Shown: positions 1 to 10,412 of the stretch, piece after piece
How positions within the stretch are numbered: the stretch's first letter is position 1
Layout of the letters: the number at the start of each line of letters is the position of its first letter
From: an uncultured bacterium
GTDB lineage: Bacteria; Lernaellota; Lernaellaia; Lernaellales; Lernaellaceae
Direction: 5' to 3'
Assembly (NCBI GenBank): GCA_964534375.1
Contig: CAZHPN010000017.1
Coordinates: forward strand, 1 to 51,351
DNA length: 51,351 nt
Translations under genes and position numbers: made by a program
The notes under the pieces: model-generated
What the model saw: the letters and a program-made list of their open reading frames with translations, nothing else
What the model was told of the DNA's origin: nothing
Databases searched by the model: none

Positions 1-1594
<1,594 letters not shown>

Positions 1595-1623
1595 TTATTT
1601 CATTGGACTCCGCGGAGTCATAT

Positions 1624-1914
1624 TCACTTTTCGATGACGCCGAGGATGTCATCCTCGCGCATGATCAGCACTTCTTCCCCGTCGATTTTCACTTCGGTGC
1701 CCGAGTACTTGCTGAACAGCACCTTGTCGCCCTTCTTGACGTTCATTTCGACTTTGTTGCCGTTTTCCAGAATTTTGCCGGTTCCGACGGCGATGACTTC
1801 GCCCTGCGCCGGTTTTTCCTTGGCCGAATCGGGAATAATGATGCCGCCCTTGGACATGACTTCCTCTTCCAGCCGTTTGAGAATGACTCGATCGTGAAGC
1901 GGTCTAATCTTCAT
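1624..1914 (-). CDS. groES: Co-chaperonin GroES
   Basis: [14 protein letters not shown]...[13 protein letters not shown]...[16 protein letters not shown] before ATG 1914; immediately upstream of groEL. Confidence 0.98.
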   Translation of the reverse strand: MKIRPLHDRVILKRLEEEVMSKGGIIIPDSAKEKPAQGEVIAVGTGKILENGNKVEMNVKKGDKVLFSKYSGTEVKIDGEEVLIMREDDILGVIEK

Positions 1915-2051
1915 GGAATCTCCTCCTGCTTTCATATTAACGGGTAACATGTTTTTCGCCGCGGGTTCGCGGCGTTATTTCAACAACGTTTCGGTGCGCT
2001 TCCCCATACAAACTAACTATACAAACACAATGACTTATTCTTGACCGACGC

Positions 2052-2080
2052 AACCTAACCATGAGCCGTTCAGATGTCAA
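2052..2080 (-). promoter_or_regulatory. Sigma70-like promoter for groES-groEL
   Basis: Minus strand TTGACA-17 nt-TAGGTT about 135 nt upstream of groES. Confidence 0.6.
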
Positions 2081-2152
2081 TACGAAAGGCCGGGACGGGC
2101 AAAAAAATCGGAATCGACTGTTCCGGGTCGGCGAACCGCCTTGACTTAGTTG

Positions 2153-2182
2153 TTGACAAGCGTGCGAAACGGATGGTAGCGT
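2153..2182 (+). promoter_or_regulatory. Sigma70-like promoter for the TPR/PilZ cluster
   Basis: TTGACA-18 nt-TAGCGT with TG extended -10, upstream of the TPR gene. Confidence 0.45.
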
Positions 2183-2259
2183 ATGGCCGGTTGATCGCGT
2201 AAAGTATTGAATTGTCCGGCATTTTTTGCTGGACGGCGAGAGTTTCCATGATTGCGCGG

Positions 2260-3729
2260 ATGCCCGGAACGAACCGCGTCGAATTTCTATGGCTGGCCGT
2301 CGCCGTGGTGCTCGCGGGTCTGCTCGGCTGCACCGAAAAAAGACCGCTGGCGCCGGCAATCGACCCCTACGAAGAAGCGATCAAATCTGCTCGGGAGTAT
2401 CAGGGGCCGATTCACACCGTGGCGAAACAATATTACGAGCAGGGTCTGGAACGCTACCGTGCCGGCGATTGGGGACAGGCGGCGACGCTTTTCGGCCAGG
2501 CCGCCGAGGCCGGCGTCGTTAATTTCCCGATGCGGGCTGAGGCGATGATCTACCAAGCTGAGGCTTTGCGCAAAGCAAAGCGGCTGGTGGAATCGGCGCA
2601 GGCGGCCCGCGCCGCGATTCGCGATTACCCCGACCGCTGGGAGCCGCACGTCATCCTGGCTGAATATTTCGTCTGGCGCGACAACAACGAGGGCGCGCAG
2701 CAGGAGCTCGACGCGGCAATGCGCCTCGCGCCCGACCGGCCGGAGGTGCTCAAGTCGCTGGCCCGCGTGCAACTGAATCGGGGTTTGCTCCTGCCGGCGC
2801 TGGAATCGGCGCGGCGCGCCCGCGAGTTGAGTCCGAATGACGCCGACGCCAAGGCCTTGCTCGCGACCGTCCAAACCGCGCAAGCCCGCATTTGGGAGCG
2901 CGAAGGATCGTTCGATGCCGCGCTCACGGCGCTGTTTTTCGCACAAACGCTGGCCCCGACGAATCCGGAACCGCCGCTGCTGATTGGGCGGCTGCTGCTC
3001 GAAATGGGCCTGCCCAAAGCGGCGCGGCGCCACACCGAGGCCGGTCGGCTGTTGCTCGCCGACCCCGGCCAACCGCCGCGCGAGGTCTTCGCGATCGAGG
3101 CGGTGGGCGTTGACGAGGACGCCGGCGAGTACCTCCGTATGGCCGACTTTTACGAGAAACGACAGCAGGCCGATGCGGCCGCCAGCCAGCTCGAACAAGC
3201 GTTGGCGGTCAATTGCCGGTTGACCGAGGCCTGGCTGCGCCTCGGATTGCTGCGGGCCCGGGAAACCAGCGATCCGACGGGCGCGCGACAATGCTTGCAC
3301 GCGCTATGGATTCTCGCGCCCGGCAGCGCCGGCGCCAAAGAGTTGGAAACGGCGCTGAAGCTGCAAGACGAGGCGGCGCAGGACCCGTCGCCCGGTTTTG
3401 TCGCGCGGGCGCAGCTCGGCTCCGCGTATAACGATCGCACGCGGACGGTCTCCGGAGAGAACACCGTGTTTGCCGCGGGCGGACGCGTTTACTTCACGTT
3501 GGTTCTGCGCAACGCGGTCGGCCGGCACGTGGTCCGCTGGCAGGTGACCGATCCGAACGGAAAAAGCGAGGCGGAACAGGTCTGGGACATGGAGTTTTTC
3601 GGACGCGATCTCGCCCTCGTCGCCTCCGGCGCGTGGAGCCTTCCCGGCAAGTACCGGTCGGTGTGGACGATGGACGACGCCGTCCGTTCGCAATTGACAT
3701 TCGATCTAAAACCGCCAGGCGGCCGTTAA
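2260..3729 (+). CDS. Tetratricopeptide-repeat lipoprotein with C-terminal beta-sandwich domain
   Basis: Hydrophobic signal ending in lipobox LLGC; repeated TPR-like helices (ELDAAMRLAPDRPE, ARELSPNDAD, AQTLAPTNPE); start could be 2248. Confidence 0.8.
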   Translation: MPGTNRVEFLWLAVAVVLAGLLGCTEKRPLAPAIDPYEEAIKSAREYQGPIHTVAKQYYEQGLERYRAGDWGQAATLFGQAAEAGVVNFPMRAEAMIYQAEALRKAKRLVESAQAARAAIRDYPDRWEPHVILAEYFVWRDNNEGAQQELDAAMRLAPDRPEVLKSLARVQLNRGLLLPALESARRARELSPNDADAKALLATVQTAQARIWEREGSFDAALTALFFAQTLAPTNPEPPLLIGRLLLEMGLPKAARRHTEAGRLLLADPGQPPREVFAIEAVGVDEDAGEYLRMADFYEKRQQADAAASQLEQALAVNCRLTEAWLRLGLLRARETSDPTGARQCLHALWILAPGSAGAKELETALKLQDEAAQDPSPGFVARAQLGSAYNDRTRTVSGENTVFAAGGRVYFTLVLRNAVGRHVVRWQVTDPNGKSEAEQVWDMEFFGRDLALVASGAWSLPGKYRSVWTMDDAVRSQLTFDLKPPGGR

Positions 3730-3751
3730 TGCAAGACAGGCAGGGGAACCC

Positions 3752-4162
3752 ATGGCAAAAAAAATAGCGACCCGCGTCAAACCGTCCGGCCATCGTCCCG
3801 ACCCCGGTCGCGACCAACGTCGCGACGCCCGCGTCCCGCTCAAAGCGCGGGTCGATTTTGAATTGACTTCCGAGGACACGTTTCTTTTCGAGTACACGTC
3901 CAACGTCAGCCGCGGCGGCATTTTTCTTTCGACCCGCAATCCACTGCCGGTCGGCGCCGTGCTCACCGTGAAGTTCGCGCTTCCCGAGGCTGGCTCGCGG
4001 TTGATCGCCGTCCGCGGACGCGTCATTTGGATCAACGAATACAAACCGGGCGGCCGCAATCTGAATCCGGGCATGGGGATCGAGTTCATCGACTTGTCGG
4101 AAGAAAACAAGGAAGCGATATCGCGTCTCGTGCGGCGCAAGGCCCTTTTGATCGAAGATTGA
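3752..4162 (+). CDS. PilZ-domain protein (TIGR02266-like)
   Basis: RRDAR (RxxxR) and NVSRGG (D/NxSxxG) c-di-GMP motifs, GRVIW, PGMGIEF. Confidence 0.85.
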   Translation: MAKKIATRVKPSGHRPDPGRDQRRDARVPLKARVDFELTSEDTFLFEYTSNVSRGGIFLSTRNPLPVGAVLTVKFALPEAGSRLIAVRGRVIWINEYKPGGRNLNPGMGIEFIDLSEENKEAISRLVRRKALLIED

Positions 4163-4174
4163 AGGGAAACCGCC

Positions 4175-4918
4175 ATGAGCGATTTCGATCCTGGCGCAAA
4201 AACGGAGACCGTCGAGTCGGAGACCATCCGCCTGCGCGCGGAGATCCGGTCGCTGCGCGAGGCGCTGGCCCGCGGCGATGAAGCGCTGGTCGCGGCGGAG
4301 ATCCGCCTGAAACTCGCCTACCTGGCGACCATCCAGGCGCTAGTCCGCGCCATCGAGGCCAAAGATCCGTACACCGTCGGCCATTCGGCGATGGTCGCCA
4401 AGGTCGTCGTCGCCATCGCGCGGCAACTCAACCTGAGCGACGAAGAACACGAACGCCTGCGCATCGCCGGAATGCTCTTGGACGTGGGCAAGATCGGCGT
4501 GCCGCTGGAGATCCTGCTCAAGTCCGATGAACTCGACGCCGCCGAGCGCGCCGTCATGGAAGAACACGTGAAGATCGGCGCCGAAATCGTCGAACCGGTT
4601 ATTTATCCGTGGGACGTGGCGAACCTGATTTACCAGCATCACGAGCGGCTCGACGGCAGCGGTTATCCCGCCGGGCTGCGCGGCGACGAAATTGAATTCG
4701 AGGCGCGGGCGCTCGGACTGGCCGACGCCTTCGTCGCCATGCTCGCCGACCGCGTCTGGCGCAAAGCGCGGAGCGAAAAAGATATTCTCGATTATTTTTG
4801 CGAGCAGGCCGGCAAGACTTTCGACCAGCGGTGCGTGGCGGCGTTGGAGCAATTGCTGGCGGGCGACGACGAATTGCGCGAGGACCTCGCCGCGTTCGTC
4901 AAGTCCAGGTCGCGTTGA
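4175..4918 (+). CDS. HD-GYP domain protein with degenerate HD motif
   Basis: AKDPYTVGHS, LLDVGKIG, HHERLDGSGYP; N-terminal coiled coil. Confidence 0.88.
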   Translation: MSDFDPGAKTETVESETIRLRAEIRSLREALARGDEALVAAEIRLKLAYLATIQALVRAIEAKDPYTVGHSAMVAKVVVAIARQLNLSDEEHERLRIAGMLLDVGKIGVPLEILLKSDELDAAERAVMEEHVKIGAEIVEPVIYPWDVANLIYQHHERLDGSGYPAGLRGDEIEFEARALGLADAFVAMLADRVWRKARSEKDILDYFCEQAGKTFDQRCVAALEQLLAGDDELREDLAAFVKSRSR

Positions 4919-4972
4919 CGCTGCCCGGCGTTTGTTCTATTAAGCCCACCTTCCCACAGGAGGAGCAGGCGC

Positions 4973-5554
4973 ATGGCGACGGAGTTTGAAAACCAGGAGC
5001 CGAGCCGGCGGCGGCGCTATTTCATCGACCGCGCTTTTCAAGGCAAGTATGTGGCGTTGCTGGCGGTTTTCATCGTGTCGCTGGGCATCGCCGGGCTGTT
5101 GATTCTCGTTTTCGGCAGCGGCTCCGTTTCCGGACAGGAAGCGCCGAATCTGCGGGGCGCCATCCTCGCGATGTTGGGCGTGCTCGTTGTGTTCATGACG
5201 CTGACGGTCTGGTACGGCGTGCGTTTCTCGCACCGCATCGTCGGGCCGATCTACGCAATTGGGCGGCACCTGGGTTGGGTGCTCGACGGCAATTACACCC
5301 GCGATCTCAAGTTGCGCGAGAAGGACGAATTTCAACAGATCGCCGCCGCGTTCAACGAAATGCAGGCGTCGTTGCGGCAGCGCGCGCGAAACGATGTCGC
5401 GGCGCTCGTCCGTGTCGACGCTGCCCTCGCCGAATTGGCGCAGACGCTGGCCGCCCCCGAGTTCAACCGCGAGCAGACGTTGGATCTGATCAAGCGCCTG
5501 CGCCAGGATCTCGAGGCGGCGCGGGCGCAAACGGAAGGCTACGTGACGCCATGA
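4973..5554 (+). CDS. Two-TM HAMP-domain membrane protein without output domain
   Basis: AGGAGG RBS; two hydrophobic helices then SHRIVGP...LKLREKDEFQQIAAAFNEM (HAMP) and a coiled coil. Confidence 0.8.
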   Translation: MATEFENQEPSRRRRYFIDRAFQGKYVALLAVFIVSLGIAGLLILVFGSGSVSGQEAPNLRGAILAMLGVLVVFMTLTVWYGVRFSHRIVGPIYAIGRHLGWVLDGNYTRDLKLREKDEFQQIAAAFNEMQASLRQRARNDVAALVRVDAALAELAQTLAAPEFNREQTLDLIKRLRQDLEAARAQTEGYVTP

Positions 5555-5667
5555 CCGGCGGCGAACGCGAAACGGAAAAACCGGAACTGTCGGTCGGGCA
5601 GTTGTGGTTGTTTCTGGCGACCATCACGCTGTTCGGCGAGATCGCGATCTTGATTTTCGTTCGGTGA
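5551..5667 (+). CDS. Small single-TM protein (38 aa)
   Basis: [42 protein letters not shown] overlap with the upstream stop. Confidence 0.55.
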   Translation: MTGGERETEKPELSVGQLWLFLATITLFGEIAILIFVR

Positions 5668-5728
5668 GTTCTCGCGCGCGCCCCTGGCGGCCCGACTGCG
5701 CGGGCCGCAAACCACGGGAGTCCCCCGC

Positions 5729-7288
5729 ATGTGGTGGTTGGAAGTACGCGAACGAGGCGGGTTGTTGTTCCGCTTGGGACTGCCGGCGGCCGGCTTGCGC
5801 GTCGGCGCGACCGACGATTGCGAATTGCACCTGCCGGGGCTGACCGAAACCCTCAAAATCGAACCCGCCCGCCGGGAAATCTGGCTCACCCGCGGCAGTC
5901 GCGCGGCCGCGATCCCGTCCGGCGAGCCGTTTGACGTCGGGCCGTATTCCTTCACCGCGTCCACGCAGGCGGCGGCGCCCGGGGCGTCGTCGTTGCGCAC
6001 GCAATGGCTGCGCTACGATGCGGATCGGCAGACGATCACCGCGAGCCGCGCCGTGCTGCGCGTGGTGGAAGGACCGGACGCGCCGCGCGAAATCGAGATC
6101 GACCGCGACGCGCTGGTGATCGGCGGCCAGCTCGGCTGCGACGTGGCGTTGACCGACGAGTTCGTGTCCGGCCGGCACGCCCGGCTGCAACTTTCGGCGG
6201 ACGGCTGGACGATCGTCGATCTGGGCAGCCGCAACGGCGCGTATCTGGACGAGATGCGCGTGTTGTCGGCGGTCTGGCCGCCGGGCGCGAAACTGCGGCT
6301 GGGCAAGACCGTCCTGACGCTTGCGCACCAAGAAGACGTGGCCGCGGCGCCGATCGCCGAGGACGAGCGCTTCGCGGGCATGGTCGGCCGCAGCGAGGCG
6401 ACGCGCCGGGTATTCGGTTTGATTCGCGTGGTTGCCCCGACCGACGCGACCGTGCTCGTCGAAGGGCCCACGGGCACCGGCAAGGAACTGGTCGCCCGCG
6501 CCATTCACAGCGTTAGTTCGCGGGCCGAGGGGCCGTTCGTCGCGGTGAATTGCGGCTCCGTGGCGCACGAGTTGATCGCCGAGGAGTTGTTCGGGCACGT
6601 CAAAGGCGCCTTCACCGGCGCGGCGACCGACCGGCAAGGGCTGTTCGAACTGGCCGAGCACGGCACGCTGCTCCTCGACGAGATCGGCGAACTGCCGCTC
6701 GATCTGCAGCCGAATCTGTTGCGCGTGCTCGAGGAACACGAAGTACGCCGCGTCGGCTGCGCGCGGGCGACGCCGGTCGACGTCCGCGTGGTCGCGGCGA
6801 CGCACTGCGATCTGCGCGCCGAAGCAGCCGCCGGACGGTTTCGGCCCGACCTGCTGCATCGACTGAATACGTTTCCGATCGCGCTGACGCCGTTGCGCGA
6901 TCGCCTGGACGATCTGCCGCCGCTGGTCGAGCATCTGCTGGCCCGGGAAGCCGCGCGTTATCACCGCGCCCCGCCCGCGGTCGGCGCCGACGCGATGCGC
7001 GTGCTGCTCGCGCACTCCTGGCCCGGAAACGTGCGCGAATTGGCCAACGTCCTCGGCCGGTCGTTGCTCCTGGCCGGCAGTCGCGACCGTCTGCACGCCG
7101 CCGATCTGGCATTGTCGGCGGACCCGCTCGCCGATCCTAACGCCCCGGCGCCGAGCCTGGCCGACGTCGAACGCAATGTGATTCGGCGCGCCTTGGAATC
7201 CTTTCCGACCCGCCGGGAAGCCGCCGCTCACTTGGGCATTGCGCCCTCGACGATGTATGCAAAAATGAAAGAATATGGTTTGGACTAA
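5729..7288 (+). CDS. Sigma54-dependent enhancer-binding protein with FHA domain and Fis-type HTH
   Basis: FHA-like VSGRHA/DLGSRNG; Walker [31 protein letters not shown]-terminal [20 protein letters not shown]. Confidence 0.93.
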   Translation: MWWLEVRERGGLLFRLGLPAAGLRVGATDDCELHLPGLTETLKIEPARREIWLTRGSRAAAIPSGEPFDVGPYSFTASTQAAAPGASSLRTQWLRYDADRQTITASRAVLRVVEGPDAPREIEIDRDALVIGGQLGCDVALTDEFVSGRHARLQLSADGWTIVDLGSRNGAYLDEMRVLSAVWPPGAKLRLGKTVLTLAHQEDVAAAPIAEDERFAGMVGRSEATRRVFGLIRVVAPTDATVLVEGPTGTGKELVARAIHSVSSRAEGPFVAVNCGSVAHELIAEELFGHVKGAFTGAATDRQGLFELAEHGTLLLDEIGELPLDLQPNLLRVLEEHEVRRVGCARATPVDVRVVAATHCDLRAEAAAGRFRPDLLHRLNTFPIALTPLRDRLDDLPPLVEHLLAREAARYHRAPPAVGADAMRVLLAHSWPGNVRELANVLGRSLLLAGSRDRLHAADLALSADPLADPNAPAPSLADVERNVIRRALESFPTRREAAAHLGIAPSTMYAKMKEYGLD

Positions 7289-7304
7289 ACCGGGGATGAA
7301 GACC

Positions 7305-8348
7305 ATGCGCCAACCCATCGATTTGCGATCCGACACGGTCACCCGCCCTGTCGCGGCCATGCGCCGCGCGATGGCCGAAGCCGAAGTCGGCGACGACGTG
7401 TTCGGCGACGATCCGACGGTGAAGAAACTCGAAGCGAAAGTCGCGGCGATGCTCGGCAAGGAAGCGGCGTTGTTCTTCCCGAGCGGCACGATGAGCAACC
7501 AGACCGCGATTCAGGTGCAAACCGCGCCGGGCGACGAGATCATCTGCGAATCCACCGCGCACTTGTATTTCTACGAATCGGGCGGACCGGCTTTCATCTC
7601 GCACGTTTCGCTGGCGACCATCGACGGCTACAACGGCGCGTTGACGGCGGCGATGGTGCGCAAACGCGTCCGGCCGAATGACATTCATGCGCCGCAAACC
7701 CGGCTGATCTGCTTGGAAAACACGCACAACCGCGCCGGCGGCCGCATTTTCCCCGTGGAAATCATGAAACAGGTCGCCGACCTCGCAGCGGAGTTCGGGC
7801 TGCGCATTCATCTCGACGGCGCGCGCCTTTTCAACGCGGCGGTCGCGCGCGGCGTGCCGGCGACCGATTGGACGCGTTACGCCGACACGGTCAATGTTTG
7901 CATGTCCAAAGGGCTGGGCGCGCCGGTCGGCTCGCTGCTGGCCAGCGACGCGGCGACGATCGACAAGGCGCGCCGGACGCGCAAGCGGCTCGGCGGCGGC
8001 ATGCGGCAGGTGGGCATTTTGGCGGCCGGCGCGATTTACGCGCTCGACCACCACGTGCTGCGGCTGGCCGAGGACCACGCGAACGCGCGCCGGTTGGCCG
8101 AGGGGCTGGCCGAATTGCCGGGCCTCGAAATCCGGCCGGCCGATGTGGAAACGAATATCGTCATCGTGCGCCTGGCGGAAGACTGCCGCTTCACCGCCCC
8201 GGAACTCCGGGCGCTGCTGGTCGAGTACGGCGTGCTGCTGACGCCGTTCGGCGATATGGCCCTGCGCGCGGTGACGCACCTGGATGTCGATCGCGACGGG
8301 ATCGACGAAGCGATCGAGGTCTTCGCGAAGTTGCTGCGGGCCGCGTAA
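7305..8348 (+). CDS. ltaE: Low-specificity L-threonine aldolase (PLP-dependent)
   Basis: [59 protein letters not shown]; start may be 7296. Confidence 0.92.
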   Translation: MRQPIDLRSDTVTRPVAAMRRAMAEAEVGDDVFGDDPTVKKLEAKVAAMLGKEAALFFPSGTMSNQTAIQVQTAPGDEIICESTAHLYFYESGGPAFISHVSLATIDGYNGALTAAMVRKRVRPNDIHAPQTRLICLENTHNRAGGRIFPVEIMKQVADLAAEFGLRIHLDGARLFNAAVARGVPATDWTRYADTVNVCMSKGLGAPVGSLLASDAATIDKARRTRKRLGGGMRQVGILAAGAIYALDHHVLRLAEDHANARRLAEGLAELPGLEIRPADVETNIVIVRLAEDCRFTAPELRALLVEYGVLLTPFGDMALRAVTHLDVDRDGIDEAIEVFAKLLRAA

Positions 8349-8350
8349 GC

Positions 8351-10411
8351 ATGAACCCGCCCTTGCCGACCCGTCGCGCCAACCCGACGCAACGGCTGGA
8401 GACCATCGTCTGGATCGCGGTGGCGGCGCTCTGGCTATACGTCTACGGCGTGCGGTTCTTCTACTATGTCAACGTCCGACCCGACTTTGAGCAAATCCGC
8501 AACGGCGCGTTCGCCAGCGGCCTGCTAGACGGCCTGGCCGCGCCCGCGAAATATTACCGGTACGGCATCGGCGAAGGGCCGCTTGTCTACGGCGCGGTTC
8601 TCGCGCCGATTTTTTTTCTGGGCGGCTCGAAATACCTCTGGATCAAGTTGCTGGGGGGCCTCTTCGCCGCGGGCGGCGCGCTCGTCTGGACGCTCGCGCT
8701 GCGCCGCGTCTGGGGATTCGCCGCCGCGGCGATGTTTCTGCTGTGGAACGCGCTGCCGCCGCCGTTTTGGGAATGGCATTCGCATCAATTCTGGGCCAAC
8801 CATTTCGAAAGTGTTTTTCTGGCGGGGCTGTTGCTGCTCTTGTTCCTGCGCGCCGGGGAAGCGCGGCCGGGTTTCTGGGTCTCGGCCGCCGCGGGCCTCT
8901 TCGCGGGATTCGCCGTTGTCTTTTGCCTGGACAACTTGTTCATGGCCATTGCCTTGGCGGTTGGTTTCGTGTGGCGCTGGCGCCGGCCCGGGCTGGCGCG
9001 GTTGGTCTGGCCGACGGGGCCGGTTTTCCTGCTGAGCCTCGCGCCGTTTTTGCTCAATTCGACCGATGAGTTGCAGATCCACCGCGCCTGGCCGGCGCAG
9101 GCCTTCGAACGTTGGCGCGATCTGCTTTTTTGGGCGTTGCCGCGGCTGACCGGATACCACGTCGCGGGTTGGCCGGCGTTGTCGGCCGCGGTTTACGTCG
9201 CCGCCGTTCTTGGAATCGTAGCCGCGATCGTTGCAATGATCCGCCTGGCGCGCCGTCGCCCCGGCCTGCCCGCCGCGGACTGGCTGGGCCGCGCCCTGCT
9301 GCTGCACCTCCTCGTTTTCTTCGTCGCGATTGGATACGCCAAACGCATGCTGCCGCCGCCCGGAGATTTTTTTGCGCTGCGGTATTTGCTGCCGCTCGTC
9401 CCGATCTTGACCGCGTTCGTCTGTTATCTCTTTTCACGGCTGCCCGGCTTCTGGAAGTGGCTGCCGCTCGCGCCGTTCCTGGCCGTCGGCCTCGCGAATC
9501 TCAAGCCGCTCGCGCCGCGCGATCTAGCCTATTTTTCCGGCAGTTGGCGAACCTTGACCGAGCGCCGCGGCGACGACTACGACTGGATGGTTTTCGACCG
9601 CTTGCCGAACAGTTGGACGGAAAACCCGGCGGCGTCGCCCGCGCTCGCGGTCGCCAGATTGCCGCGCCGCTGGCGCGACGACGGCTGGGCCGCCTACGGC
9701 CGCTGGTTGCACGCCGACAAAGCCTTGACCTCGTTGCTCGGCGACGCCGCGTTCGGCGGCGACGGCCGGGCCGCGATCGCGCGCGGCGCGGGCCTGGATT
9801 TCGGCGATCGACTGTTCCCGCTTGGGTGCGACGAAATCGAAGGTTTCGCCGAGAAAAACGCTGACTTGATTGCCCTGCCCGCGAGGCTCGACGCGCCGCT
9901 CGCGTCGGCTTTCGCGGAGGGCGTCGGCGGCGGCATGGCGGAAAATTGCGCGCGTTTCGATTCCGAATTCTCGCGCAACGCTCCGGATTTCTTTCGCGAT
10001 CGCCTGGAAAATTCGGCGCTGCTGGCCGACCGCCTGCGCTGCGTCGCGCGCTTCCTTGCCGCCCGCCTCGCGCAGCCGGCGCCGGCCGCCCGCCAGCAGG
10101 CTTTTCTTCGCGGCGTCGGACAATGGCAGGGCTGGCGTCAACCGAATCTGCCGCCGGAATCCGTCGCCGGCTACGCCGCCTTTCTGGCGTCTGTCGTGGC
10201 GGCCGATTCGCCGCCGGAGGCAACGCAGGAATTCTATCGGGGTTACGCCGAGGGCCAGGCCCACTATCTGACGAACGACTTCAACTATTTTGCCTTCGGC
10301 CCGCCGCGGATCAATTTGCCGTTGCTCCGCGAGGCGTTCGCTCGACGCGGGGTTGAGTTGCAACCGACGGGCCGCATTGCCGAGGAATTCGCGCTGGAAA
10401 TCGCGAAGTGA
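8351..10411 (+). CDS. Polytopic membrane protein, GT-C (ArnT/PMT-like) glycosyltransferase-like, paralog 1
   Basis: About 11-12 hydrophobic segments; acidic D-x-E after TM1; NHFES; RYLLP; soluble C-terminal helical domain; ATG 2 nt after ltaE stop. Confidence 0.6.
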   Translation: MNPPLPTRRANPTQRLETIVWIAVAALWLYVYGVRFFYYVNVRPDFEQIRNGAFASGLLDGLAAPAKYYRYGIGEGPLVYGAVLAPIFFLGGSKYLWIKLLGGLFAAGGALVWTLALRRVWGFAAAAMFLLWNALPPPFWEWHSHQFWANHFESVFLAGLLLLLFLRAGEARPGFWVSAAAGLFAGFAVVFCLDNLFMAIALAVGFVWRWRRPGLARLVWPTGPVFLLSLAPFLLNSTDELQIHRAWPAQAFERWRDLLFWALPRLTGYHVAGWPALSAAVYVAAVLGIVAAIVAMIRLARRRPGLPAADWLGRALLLHLLVFFVAIGYAKRMLPPPGDFFALRYLLPLVPILTAFVCYLFSRLPGFWKWLPLAPFLAVGLANLKPLAPRDLAYFSGSWRTLTERRGDDYDWMVFDRLPNSWTENPAASPALAVARLPRRWRDDGWAAYGRWLHADKALTSLLGDAAFGGDGRAAIARGAGLDFGDRLFPLGCDEIEGFAEKNADLIALPARLDAPLASAFAEGVGGGMAENCARFDSEFSRNAPDFFRDRLENSALLADRLRCVARFLAARLAQPAPAARQQAFLRGVGQWQGWRQPNLPPESVAGYAAFLASVVAADSPPEATQEFYRGYAEGQAHYLTNDFNYFAFGPPRINLPLLREAFARRGVELQPTGRIAEEFALEIAK

Positions 10412-10412
10412 C

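Noticed and set aside
7868..8350. N-terminal extension of the 847-aa ORF
   Set aside because: Overlaps ltaE out of frame; paralog alignment supports the ATG at 8351
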